Assembly: GCA_009914755.4 (NCBI GenBank)
Contig: CP068257.2
Span: forward strand, 22,208,001-22,272,000
Direction of reading: 5' to 3'
From: the human T2T-CHM13v2.0 reference genome, Homo sapiens
DNA length: 64,000 nucleotides
Made by a program: the position numbers and the translations under genes. The notes beneath the pieces were generated by a model that saw only the letters and a program-made list of their open reading frames with translations, did no database searches and was not told the origin of the DNA. Shown piece after piece: positions 29,279 through 40,554 of the stretch; the stretch's first letter is position 1, and the number at the start of each line of letters is the position of its first letter.

Positions 29279-30668
29279 CGATTATAATTTTAAATTGATG
29301 GTACTGATTACATGAACTTGATTTTTTTGTATTATTATTACTGAGATTGAAAAACAAAATAAATGCTAAATAGAAGCCCAATATAATCTAAGGATTCAAA
29401 GTGAAAAAATATCAGATATGCTTTTCTCCCACTCTCCTCTACTTTGCCATTTTGGCATACAAAACAGCTCTCTTAATTCGGTTTTGTTTGGTTTTCATGG
29501 TTGAAATGCTAAGATCAGAGGGTTAAGAAAGTTAAAATACAAGAAGGTATATAAGTAGAATATCTAAGATCAAGGAAATAAGCAATATATCCTTGAATTG
29601 ATTGTGATGAATTTTTAAGATTAGAGTTGTTTAAATTTACAGAAAAGTTGCAAGGATACTGTGGAGAGTTTTACCATACACCTCACCCAGAGTCTCATAT
29701 TGTTAAAATCTTACATGAATTATTACAGAGCATTTGTCATGACTAAAAACTCAACATTAGTACGATAATATCAATGTAGTCTACACTTACTTTGGATTTG
29801 ACCATTTTACTAGTTTTCCCTTAATGACTGTTTTCTATTCCAGGGTACTCTCAGGAAAACCCATCATCCTTAGATTTCATATATTTGTATTTTCTTCTGG
29901 TCTGTAACCATTTCTCAGACTTTCTTGACTTTTACAGTTTTGAGGTTCCTGGTCAGATATTTTGTAGAGCAATCCTCAATGTGGGTTCTTTCCATGTTTC
30001 TCTCCTGTTCAGACTGCTGTTATGGGTTTGGGGGACCAATGCCACAGAGGTGACGTGCCCTTCTTGTCACATCCAATCAGGCGTGCTTGCTATCACTATG
30101 ACTTATGACTGATGGTGTTAGTCTTTATTACTTGGCAAAGGTCGTGACTGATTTAAAAGACTTGCTAATACCTGCTTGGGAAACATTTTATCTGAGGAAA
30201 TAGGCAAAGTTGTTCTACCAATTATTTAGGTATTTTTAAGCCAACTTTGGTTTTAAATAACCTATTAGGTCTTCAGGTTTAGCTATTTTTAATACCTTAA
30301 AATTATTAAGATTTTTATATTATGTTTGTTCTTACAATAAAGGTTGTATTGGGGGTAGGAAATCATGTGAATAATTCTTCAGCATTAACTATTGAATATT
30401 ATGTTGTTTCCATGGATAAAGTTTTACATATAAATGTCTAATATAAGGTATTAGCAATGTTAGTTGCATCTATCTTAGTAATGTTATGTTTTATTTATTT
30501 TAATGAATAAACTTGCTATATACCATTAGTAGGCTTTCATTTCAGAGAGGCAGTAGTGTATAAGAGGTTTAAATGTCAGAATTTAAATCTAATTTACTTA
30601 AATCCAATCCTTACTATCTATGACTTACTAACTATGAGATCTTGGGCAGGTCCGTTAATTTATCTGAG

Positions 30669-31108
30669 TGTATTAGTCACGGTTCTCTATAGAAACAGAA
30701 CCAATAGTATATAAAAATATAGATTGATTGATAGAGATACGTAAGAGAGAATTTATTACGGGAATTGGCTCACATGCATATGGAGGCTGAGAAGTCCCAT
30801 AAGCTGCTTCTGCAAGCTGAAAAACCGGAAAAGCCGGTGGTGTAATTTAAGTCCAAATCTGAAGGCCTTAGAACCAGGGGAGCTGATGATGTAACATCCA
30901 GTACAGGCCAAAGGCCTAAAAACCCGGGGGCTGCTGGTGTAAATCCTAGATTGCAGAGGTCCAAGAACCAGTGGCTCCAATGCCCAATGGTGGGAAATGT
31001 ATGTCCCATTTTCAGAAGAGACAGAATGAATTTAACCTTCCTCCACCTTTTTGTTCTAGTCTGCCTTCAACAGTTGGAAGATGCCCATCCACACTGGGGA
31101 GGGTGGAT
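30669..31108 (-). mobile_element. MaLR LTR family X copy (reverse orientation; its 5' ~60 bp replaced by the Alu fragment at 31118)
   Basis: Begins GTGTATTAGTCACGGTTCTCTATAGAAACAGAACCAATAG, the reverse complement of the LTR end ..GAGAACCCTGACTAATACA. Contains GGAATTGGCTCACATGCATATGGAGGCTGAGAAGTCCCATAAGCTGC and CCTTCCTCCACCTTTTTGTTCTAGTCTGCCTTCAACAGTTGGAAGATGCCCATCCACACTGGGGAGGGTGGAT. Same family as 40051-40970 and 44891-45260. Confidence 0.6.
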
Positions 31109-31117
31109 TTTTTTTTT

Positions 31118-31200
31118 TTTTTTTTTTTGAGATGGAGTCTTACTCTGTTGCCAGGCTGAGGTACAGTGGTGAGATCTCGGCTCACGCAACCTCCGGCTCA
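31118..31200 (-). mobile_element. Alu 3'-terminal fragment (reverse) with poly-T
   Basis: T(21) GAGATGGAGTCTTACTCTGTTGCCAGGCTGAGGTACAGTGGTGAGATCTCGGCTCACGCAACCTCCGGCTC. Confidence 0.8.
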
Positions 31201-31551
<351 letters not shown>

Positions 31552-32576
31552 TTACTGCATTCTTAAGCATATAGATTTTTAAAATAAATTAGGATTAGTC
31601 AGACATCTTTAATCTTGTGACTGCTTTGGTTATCCTTTTTTTTTGTTTTTCCTTTACACTTTGGTAGAAATAGATTTGACACAAAGTAAGTTGTGAAAGC
31701 ATGTGGCCATTGCTTTCTCAGGAAAGTTAGATAAAAATAACCTGAATACTTTATAGGAATAGGGTAATAAATGCAGCTGCAGTCTTAAAATAGTGCACAT
31801 TGCATTTCTGAGCTGTATGTATTCTACTTCTTAAATATGCCTATTAGTTATTATGTAAGTTAGAAAAACAGTAAGCAAAATGCGGCATTGAAAACAGCAT
31901 AAATTCAAAAGAGTGCAAACTATGGCAATCTACTATAAATGGTAAATAGGGGAATTAATCTTGCTAGTTGGTCATAAGGGTGCTATTTCCAGTGTGCCCT
32001 ATAGTGCTGGTCCACTTCATTTTGCTCTAGCATAAATCTCTTTCTCAGTGGAAATAATAGCATGCCCTCTCCAAATGTAAGGAGCACCGAGTCAAAAGAT
32101 AAAGCAAAATTAGCATGATCTGGAGATTAATGTCAAAAGAAGGTAAGAACATATATCAAGCTTGATTTACTCTAAATGATTGTTCATTTTGATTCAGATT
32201 AGCACACATGAATATGTGTTGTACTGTTGAAAAGATCAATCATAGAAAGAATTAAGAGACGTGCAATAGAAAAATTAGAAATATGAGAACTGGTTTCTAT
32301 TGTAAAATTTGGGCCTACATCAACCTGTGTCAAAATCACCATACAAAACCTATAGCTTTATATCTAACTCCATTAGTAAATTTTTAGTTCATCATAGAGC
32401 CAAGAGGTAGAAATGCCAGTATTGCTATATTAAAATCTAATACTGATATTAAATATTAAAATATATTATTAATATCTAATATTCCTTCCCATTAAAAGTT
32501 GAAGAACATTTTAAACTTTTTTATCAGAAACTGTGGGTATAAGCAAATTTTCACATATCAGGCCATTTTAACATGA

Positions 32577-32918
<342 letters not shown>

Positions 32919-33388
32919 GCCAGGTATTCTTTTTAGCTATCCTTTCAAAACTTCAGTCAACATTCTGTATTATTAATGCATAATGCATGCTTGTTCCTAA
33001 TATCAATTCATGGCTTTGCAAATATGAATTATCTACCATTAATATGTGAACCCCAAATATCTGAGACAGGAGTCAGTTAACTTAGAAAGTTTATTTTGCC
33101 AGGGTTAAGGATGCACGCCCATGACACAGCCTCAGGAGTTCCCGAAGACATGTGCCCAAGGTGGTCAGAGCACAGCTTGGTTTTATACATTTTAGGGAGA
33201 CAGGAGACATCAATCAACATATGTAAGATGAACATTGGTTAGGTCCGGAAAGGTGGAGCAACTGGAAGCAAAGGTAGGACTACTTAAAGTGAGGAGAGGG
33301 CTTCCGGGTCACAGGTAGATAAGAGACAAATGCTTGCATTCTTCAGAATTTCTGATTAGCTTCTACAAAGGAGGCAACCAGATATGCA

Positions 33389-33711
33389 TTTTACTTACTT
33401 ATTTATTTATTTTGAGTTGGAGTCTTGCTCTGTCACCCAGGCTGGAGTGCAATGGCATGATCTTTGGCTAATTGCAACCTCCACCTTCTGGGTTCAAGCA
33501 ATTCTCCTGCCTCAGCCTCCCGAGTAGCTGGGATTACAGGTGCCCACCACCACCCCCAGCTAATTTTTGTATTTTTAGTAGAGATGGGGTTTCACCTTAC
33601 TGGCCAGGCTGGCCTCTTGGTCAGGCTGGTCTCGAACTCCTGACCTCATGATCCGCCCACCTTGCCCTCCCAAAGTGCTGGGATTATAGGGGTGAGCCAT
33701 CATGCCCAGCC
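33389..33711 (-). mobile_element. Alu SINE (reverse) with (TTTA)n-type tail
   Basis: TTTACTTACTTATTTATTTATTTTGAGTTGGAGTCTTGCTCTGTCACCCAGGCTGGAGTGCAATGGCATGATC ... GATTATAGGGGTGAGCCATCATGCCCAGCC. Contains a small internal duplication GGCCAGGCTGGCCTCTTGGTCAGGCTGGTCTCG. Confidence 0.9.
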
Positions 33712-35214
33712 AGGTATGTATTTTTTTCAGTGAGTAGAGAGGTGACTTAGAATAGAATGGGAGGCAGATTGGCCCTAAGCAGTTCCCGGCTTGACTTTTC
33801 TCTTTAGCTTAGTGATTTTGGGGCCCCAAGAATTATTTTCCTTTCACAGATATAAAACCCACACCATAATTCTGTGTCTAAAGGTTTAATAGTTATAAAA
33901 CATTACCGCAAATGAGGAAAGAAGGTGCAGATTCTCATTTCTGCCTTCATTTCTCTCTTACGAGAGATTCTCAAAATTTCTGATGTATCACACGTGAAAA
34001 TAGATTGGAGAACATTCTATTTTCTTGTTTTGGATGATGTAACAAGTATAAAAATGCACCATTCACACCTCCTACTAGAGGGAGCAGAATGACAGCCCCA
34101 GCTGTCGCTTCTCCAGAACTACCACGGCATTCATGCCAAGGTCAGGCTTTCTGTGGGCAGCTTCCAGTTGATGACTGCACAGTGGAGATACTAACGCAGA
34201 CCCATTTCTGCAAGACACAGAACTCCTCAAATGGGAGACTTGAGCTTGAGGATTCCTTTATGGGCTTGATCAAAACTTTCCTGAAACTGTGCTGAGGTTC
34301 AAGACATTTTCTACTCTTTCCCTCTCCTTCAGTTTTCAGAAATGAAACTCATTCTGATTGTTCTGCTTACCCCTGGCTCCTTCAACATGTTGAACAAGTA
34401 TTTCCTCCAATAAATCACTTGCATATCTAATTTCATTTTGGATTCTGCTTCTAGAGGAAACCAAACTAACATATCATTTTCAATGTATCAGTCTTCATCA
34501 CTGATGTATTCAAAATGTATATATTAGGGAATCATACCTTTACCTTAGCATAACTCTGTGAGTCAAGGAAAATCAAGCATTGCATTTAATTTATTCAACT
34601 ATTCAAACACTCAATAATTATCGAGGCCTTGCTATGTGTTAGACGAGATAGTCAACGTAGATAGTCTCTCACATAGTACCTTCATAATTCATATGGTCAC
34701 AGAGTTGTAATTACTGGCATGATAGGAATTTTCAACTCTACTTTTATGAGAATCAAATAAAATCTCAGAGATCTTTTTAAATTTACTTTTTTTGTTGTTT
34801 ATATTTTCATGCGTAGTTCATTTAGGTAAAACAACAGTTTGGGCGGGCTTCAAACAGTTGCTTCAACTAGACTATGCTCTATTCAGCTCTCATTTACTTG
34901 GACTAGCTCACCTAGCAGCACAGTCTTGTTTAGCCAGTTCTTCTGTTCCAGCTGAGAGGTCTCCCCAGTAGAACCATAACTCTTCCATCATAGCTGGGTT
35001 CCTCAGGCTCAGCACTAAGGATATTTGCACTAGATGACTCTTTGTTGGTGAATTTCCTCTGTATTTTATAGCATCCTTGGCCTCTACCCGCTAGATGACA
35101 GTAGCAACACTCCAGTTGTGACAATCAGAAAGCTTTCAAGAAATTGCCAAATATTCCCGGGGGAGTAAATTTGCACTCCTGTGAGTATCAATCTTTGTAA
35201 GAATTCCTTGAACA

Positions 35215-35431
35215 GGCTGGGCGCGGTGGCTCACGCCTGTAATCCCACAACTTTGGGAGGCCGAGGCGGGCGGATCACGAGGTCAGGAGATGGAGACCAT
35301 CCTGGCTAACATGGTGAAACCCCGTCTCTACTAAAAATGCAAAAAATTAACCAGGCATGGTGGCGGGCGCCTGTAGTCCCAGCTACTCGGCAGGTTGAGG
35401 CAGGAGAATGGCGTGAACCCGGGAGGTGGAG
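35215..35431 (+). mobile_element. AluY-like SINE, 3'-truncated (no right-arm end, no A tail)
   Basis: GGCTGGGCGCGGTGGCTCACGCCTGTAATCCCACAACTTTGGGAGGCCGAGGCGGGCGGATCACGAGGTCAGGAGATGGAGACCATCCTGGCTAACATGGTGAAACCCCGTCTCTACTAAAAATGCAAAAAATTAACCAGGCATGGTGGCGGGCGCCTGTAGTCCCAGCTACTCGGCAGGTTGAGGCAGGAGAATGGCGTGAACCCGGGAGGTGGAGC. Very close to the AluY consensus with CpGs retained. Stops abruptly before GCAATTCCATGAAG. Confidence 0.85.
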
Positions 35432-35750
35432 CAATTCCATGAAGAACAATAAAGGTTTAGTTGAGAATGACTGGCCACAATATAAAATAATTATTTGTTA
35501 AGTAGTTAAATGTAGTATGAAAATGTATGTGTGAGTATGCGTGTGCCACCTCTGTCTTAATGTATGTGCTTTCTCTGAGTCCGCTCTGCCTGTTATTTGA
35601 TCCTTAGTTCTATGTCGTGCTCTTAGTTCTGATAGATTTTTGATTTAGATTTTTGAATGGAAACATTAATTCCTACTGGTCTAATCTTTTTTTTTGTATC
35701 AGGATGAAAAGTCTATCAATAGATAATTCTGCATTTCTGTCTTCATTTCC

Positions 35751-35947
35751 TCAAGGTTCAGAACTTTAAATACACATTTTTAATCAATTACTTTTATTTC
35801 CATTTTTAATTAACTATTTATTAAATTAATGAATATTTACTGAGTTTCGTCAAGGTTCAGAACTTTAAATACATATTTTTAATAAATTACTTTTATTTCC
35901 ATTTTTATTTAACTATTTATTAAATTAATGAATACTTACTGAATTTC
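35751..35947. repeat. tandem duplication, 2 copies of a ~100-bp unit
   Basis: TCAAGGTTCAGAACTTTAAATACA(C/T)ATTTTTAAT(C/A)AATTACTTTTATTTCCATTTTTA(A/T)TTAACTATTTATTAAATTAATGAATA(T/C)TTACTGA(G/A)TTTC occurs twice in tandem at about 93% identity. Confidence 0.85.
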
Positions 35948-36139
35948 TCTTATGTGCCACTCTGTATCAGGTACTTGGGACACATAGGTGAATGAAAGGA
36001 AACAAAATATCTTGTCCTTATCAAGTTTGCATTCCAGTGTACCTGAGAAAGTGTATGCAGATGTTCACTCTCCTCAATGTATGCCAACGGGAAACACATT
36101 GAAATTCCAAGCATTGGCTTCTTATTTTGCACTGATCGG

Positions 36140-36160
36140 GTTGGTGGTGGTGGTGGTGGG
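36140..36160. repeat. (GGT)n microsatellite
   Basis: TTGGTGGTGGTGGTGGTGGTGGGGG. Confidence 0.8.
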
Positions 36161-36224
36161 GGCAGGTGGGTGATGAAGGCTGGGTTATGGATAAAAAAGG
36201 TCTTTAAAAAAAGGGTTTAGTGAC

Positions 36225-37105
36225 CATATTTACTAGAGATGCACACGAATGCACACAAACTTTTGATACGGAAGTGCTGGGAAGGGAAGAGCGTGGTCCC
36301 TTTAAATGATATGGAAGGGGGAAGGGAAGTGCTGGGTAGAGGCGGGCATGGTCCCCGGCTAGGGCTCTATCCCAGGGACCTCGGTCTTCGCGCCCAAAAG
36401 TGGCATTTTCCAAGACTACCTTGGCCCACCACGCCCCTATCCTGGGCTTATAAAAACCCAAGACCCTAGCAAGGCAGAGACATGAGCTGCTGGACAGCCA
36501 GAGGAATACATTGGTGGAAGAAGACAAACAGCTGGACATTGAGAAGACTTTGAGGGGAGCATGCCTGCGGAAGAGCACACCGCCAGATGCCCGGACACCA
36601 GCAGGCCACTGACCAACAGGCCATGACCAGCGGAACGATGTGGAGTTTGGCCAGGGCAGATGGAGGAGAGCCCGGGGCCACCAAGCAGCCCAATTCCACG
36701 GGAAAACCATCTGTCTTCTGGCTCCCCCATCTGCTGAGAGCTACTTCCACTCAATAAAACCTTGCACTCATTCTCCGATTCCAGGTGTGATCCAATTCTT
36801 CTGGTACACCAAGGCAAGAACCCCAGGATACAGGAAGTCCTCTGTCCTTGCAACAAGGCAGAGGGTCTAATTGAGCTGGTTAACACAAGCCGCCTATAGA
36901 TGGCAAAATTAAAAGAGCAAAACAAAAAGAGCACCCTGTAACACACGCCCACTGGGGCTTCAGGAGCTGTAAACATTCACCCCTAGACACTGCCGTGGGG
37001 TCGGAGCCCGACAGCCTGCCCGTCTGTATGCTCCCCTAGAGGTCTGAGCAGCGGGGCGCTGAAGAAGCGAGCCACACCCCCATTGCACACCCTACAAGGG
37101 GGACA
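36225..37105 (+). mobile_element. ERV class I (gammaretrovirus-like) solo LTR-like element, CpG-retaining; family not assigned
   Basis: GC-rich block. Tandem U3-like units GGAAGTGCTGGGAAGGGAAGAGCGTGGTCCC and GGAAGGGAAGTGCTGGGTAGAGGCGGGCATGGTCCCC. TATA-like GGGCTTATAAAAACCCAAGACC (~36445). Poly(A) signal in CCACTCAATAAAACCTTGCACTCATTCTCC (~36750). Then ..GGAGCTGTAAACATTCACCCCTAGACACTGCCGTGGGGTCGGAGCCCGAC, which resembles LTR12/LTR17-type R/U5 regions. No PBS recognised; boundaries approximate. Confidence 0.5.
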
Positions 37106-37160
37106 AGGGAACCTTTCCAGTTTCACTTTCACATTGAGTACTATTTCAAAAGGCCTTGAA

Positions 37161-37463
37161 AACTCAATACTGATTTTCTGTTTTGCCTTAATTAACTGTA
37201 TCTCAGCCTCCCACAGCCACTAGCTTTTCTGTGTAACTATTTCTTACATTATTACGCATCAGGCCAGTACATAATAGCAAAAACTGTGATGCACCTGGAG
37301 AAAGAAAAGGAAAAACAGACATAGGTTGAAGCCCTCCGGGATAGGACACTTGCCGCTTATTTGCTGAGTATCTACTTTATAATCATGATACTTAAAGTCA
37401 CGCCTTCTGAAAAGAGGAAGCAGATGTGGCTGCAAGAATTTATGTAAACTACTTTCTAAGAGG
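37161..37463 (+). repeat. left arm of a ~300-bp inverted duplication (pairs with 38764-39054)
   Basis: AACTCAATACTGATTTTCTGTTTTGCCTTAATTAA...GCCTCCCACAGCCACTAGCTTTTCTGTGTAACTATTTCTTACATTATTACGCATCAGGCCAGTACATAATAGCAAAAAC...CTGGAGAAAGAAAAGGAA..CAGACATAGGTTGAAG...TTGCTGAGTATCTAC...CTTCTGAAAAGAGGAAGC..TGTGGCTGCAAG...TGTAAACTACTTTCTAAGAGG. The reverse complement of 38764-39054 aligns block by block at about 80-85% identity. Confidence 0.8.
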
Positions 37464-38130
37464 CTATGGATACATACATTGTGATGTTTCCATCTCCCAT
37501 TTAATCCTTGGGAAATCACATCATTTACAGATATTTATGGCTCTTTTCAGCTTTAACATTCAATAATTTAACTAAAATTAGAAGTTAACAAAAGTCACTG
37601 AGACTAGAATTTCTTAATTTTATTTCTTTATGTATGAATATTTACTAATATGTAAATTTTCTTGTAAGTTCTGAATCCTACCTTCTTTTTAAGGCACACA
37701 GATTTGTCCTTTGTAGAAGAACTGCGCACAAAATAAGGTTATCACAGAAACATATAAGCCAATAGTAATTATGATATAAAATGCTATATTATAAAGGGCT
37801 TGGCATGATTTAATTTCTTATTTTTGCATTTTTCAAAGAGTAATATAAAGCATTTCTCTAAGCAACAGAGCATACATGCATTTTACAACTTTGTTTCCTT
37901 TTATCAAATGAAAATAGATTCAATATCAGATTTGTGGTATAAAATCTGATAAATCTATGAAGTCTCAATGAACTAAAACGGCAAATCATATTATTTTACT
38001 TCATTCCTAAGGAAAAAAGACTCCTCTATCTTTCTCAGTCTTACATTTTATACACACACACAGTCACACATACACACACATATCAAAGCTTTATTAAAAA
38101 TAAAACAAAATGCCCCCTCAACTTGCCATG

Positions 38131-38472
38131 TGCAATAAACAAAGTTTATGTCCTCTCAAAATTCTTATGTTGAAATCCTAATCCCCATAGTGATGGCATT
38201 TGAGAGTGGGGCTTTTGAGAGGTGATCAAGGCTCTTCTTGAATGGAATTAATGCCCCTATGAAAGAGACCTCAGAAAAATCCCTTGTCTTTTCCAGTTTG
38301 TGAAGATACAGAGAGAAAACGTCTGTCTATGTGGAAGGAGGTCCTCTCCAGCGCATCATCTGCCAGCTCCTTGACTTAGGACCCTCCAGCCTCTAGAACT
38401 GAGAAATAAATATCTGTTGTGTATTACCAGTCTACAGCATTTTTGTTATAGTAGCCCAAATAGACTGAGACA
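38131..38472 (+). mobile_element. MaLR-type LTR (same family as 14643-15030)
   Basis: TGCAATAAACAAAGTTTATGTCCTCTCAAAATTCTTATGTTGAAATCCTAATCCCCATAGTGATGGCATTTGAGAGTGGGGCTTTTGAGAGGTGATCAAGG ... CCTCCAGCCTCTAGAACTGAGAAATAAATATCTGTTGTGTATTACCAGTCTACAGCATTTTTGTTATAGTAGCCCAAATAGACTGAGACA. Confidence 0.55.
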
Positions 38473-38660
38473 CCAGAGGTTAGTGCACATATAACTTCAG
38501 TCCATCCTTTCCATGAATATATGGTGTTTATGGTAAAAATCAATATGAAGCCATGGTTGGTCACTCAATAAAGAAAATAAAAGTAACTGTCTTTTGTAAA
38601 ATATGCTTGCTAGTTACAGGTTTGGACTTAAATGTTCTACCATCTTTTCAACTTGATTTA

Positions 38661-38744
38661 AAAGAAAACATTAACAGAAAGTTAACCAGAAAATTTAATT
38701 AATATCCCGATTTCTAAGTATCTCCATTTCACACCATTCTCACC
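38661..38744 (+). repeat. ~83-bp direct repeat copy 1, immediately left of the right inverted-duplication arm
   Basis: AAAGAAAACATTAACAGAAAGTTAACCAGAAAATTTAATTAATATCCCGATTTCTAAGTATCTCCATTTCACACCATTCTCACC, about 88% identical to 39074-39155. Confidence 0.8.
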
Positions 38745-38763
38745 ACTCTAGAAAGTAGCCACC

Positions 38764-39054
38764 TAGAAAGTAGTTTACGTACCTTTTGCAGCCACAACCG
38801 CTGCCTCTTTTCAGAAGTCAAGACTTTACATATCACAATTCTAAATTAGATGCTCAGCAAAGAAGCTGCATGGGTGCTATCCTGGAGTTTCAACCTATGT
38901 CTGCTTCTTTTTCTTTCTCCAGATGCATGGAGGTTTCTGCTATTATGTACTGGCCCAATGTGTAATAATGTAAGAAATAGTTGAACAGAAAGCTAGAGGC
39001 TATGGGAGGCAAAGATGAAATTAATCAAGGCAAATGGGAAAATCAGTATTGAGT
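38764..39054 (-). repeat. right arm of the ~300-bp inverted duplication (inverted copy of 37161-37463)
   Basis: Reverse complement reads AACTCAATACTGATTTTCCCATTTGCCTTGATTAA..GCCTCCCATAGCCTCTAGCTTTCTGTTCAACTATTTCTTACATTATTACACATTGGGCCAGTACATAATAGCAGAAAC..CTGGAGAAAGAAAAAGAAGCAGACATAGGTTGAA..TTGCTGAGCATCTAA..CTTCTGAAAAGAGGCAGC..TGTGGCTGCAAA..TGTAAACTACTTTCTAG. Confidence 0.8.
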
Positions 39055-39073
39055 TGAAAAGACTTTTCATAAG

Positions 39074-39155
39074 AAAGAAAACATTAACAGAAAGTTAACC
39101 AGAAAATTTGATTAATATCACAGTTCCTAAATTTCTCCACTTCATGCCATTCTTT
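39074..39155 (+). repeat. ~83-bp direct repeat copy 2, immediately right of the right inverted-duplication arm
   Basis: AAAGAAAACATTAACAGAAAGTTAACCAGAAAATTTGATTAATATCACAGTTCCTAAATTTCTCCACTTCATGCCATTCTTTTATC. Confidence 0.8.
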
Positions 39156-40362
39156 TATCTATTTCAATTGTATGTCATCTTACCATACAATTGAAATATA
39201 TAAAAGTCTTTACACCTAAATATTAATAGTAAAACACTGCAATTTAAAAGGAAAATGGAAAAAGAGAAAATAATTTGTTCGGAAGAACATTAACTCTCAG
39301 AAATAAGAGGCCACAACTATAAAAACAATTCCAGTCCAATTACCAGTTACAATGTTATTAAAAGTGTGGTCCCTTGATCTGAGTGTTGAGATGAAGTTAC
39401 ACGTCTTAAAGTTCAAATAAAAATAATTTTGAAAAGTAACATTTAAAAGGCCCTGGTAAAGCATTATAAAATACTCTATGAGTTTTCAACATTTCTACAC
39501 AATCATGAGTATATTTAATGTTATATTTCCATGATCTCTTAAAAAATATTTTCAAAACATGGTGTGAGACCTCAAAGGGACAATTTTGTGAAAGTTACAT
39601 TCCAAACCATAGTTCTGCAGAAATGTGTACTGTTACACTGCTACCAAGTGGCACTTTGGTACTAAAAAGAAAGATTTACCTGAACAATGATCAGTAGTGG
39701 TTCAGCACATTGCTTTCAATCAGCAATATTTCTTGAATGACTCTCACAGGACAGACCATGATGCACGGCCACTCTCATACATTATTTTCTGAAGGTAGAG
39801 AATAGTTATTCCTCCAAGAAAAACATGCCAAAGGCGAGCATGTAACTGTAACAAACCCAGAGGAAAAACAATTTACAGTGACTCTAGTTTGGTGGAAATG
39901 GTCAGATGGAACCTGATTAGAATATGAAATAAATAATTGAGTATGATTTTGTAGTCTACTAAAATACAATAAAGGAACTAAAATGAGTGTGATAGTTAAT
40001 AGTGAGTGTTAACTTGATTGGATTGTAGGATACAAAGTATTATTCCTGGGTGTGTCTGTGTGGGTGTTGCTGAAAGAGATTAACATTTGAGTCAGTGCGC
40101 TGGGGAAGGCGGATCCACCCTTAATCTAGTGAGCACAATCTAATCAGCTTCCAGCAAACATGAAGTAGGCAGAAAAACATGAAAAAGAGAGGCAGGCCTA
40201 GCCTCCCAGCCTACATCTTTCTACTGTTCTGGATGCTTCCTGATCTCGAACAACAGACTCCAAGTTCTTCAGTTTTGGGACCCGGACTGGCTCTCCTTCC
40301 TCCTCAGCTTGCAGACAGCCTGTTGTGGGACCTTGTGATCATGTAAGTTAACACTTAATAAA

Positions 40363-40366
<4 letters not shown>

Positions 40367-40406
<40 letters not shown>
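40367..40406. repeat. (TA)n microsatellite, an expansion of the LTR's internal TATATA motif
   Basis: 20 perfect TA units. Confidence 0.9.
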
Positions 40407-40408
<2 letters not shown>

Positions 40409-40554
40409 ACTGCGCCCAGCTAATTTTTGTATTTTTTGTAGAGATGGGGTTTCACCATGTTGGCCAGGATGGTCTCAACCTCTTGACCTCATGATCCACC
40501 CGCCTCAGCCTCCCAAAGTACTGAGATTACAGGCGAGAGCTACCATGCTTGGAC
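40407..40554 (-). mobile_element. Alu fragment (reverse): 5' half of the element only
   Basis: CCACTGCGCCCAGCTAATTTTTGTATTTTTTGTAGAGATGGGGTTTCACCATGTTGGCCAGGATGGTCTCAACCTCTTGACCTCATGATCCACCCGCCTCAGCCTCCCAAAGTACTGAGATTACAGGCGAGAGCTACCATGCTTGGAC. Confidence 0.85.

Noticed and set aside
36204-36976. Overlapping 168-aa and 179-aa minus-strand ORFs
   Set aside because: They sit in the GC-rich LTR-like block. Long stop-free frames are expected by chance at this G+C content. There is no start context, no codon periodicity, and no homology that I can recognise.
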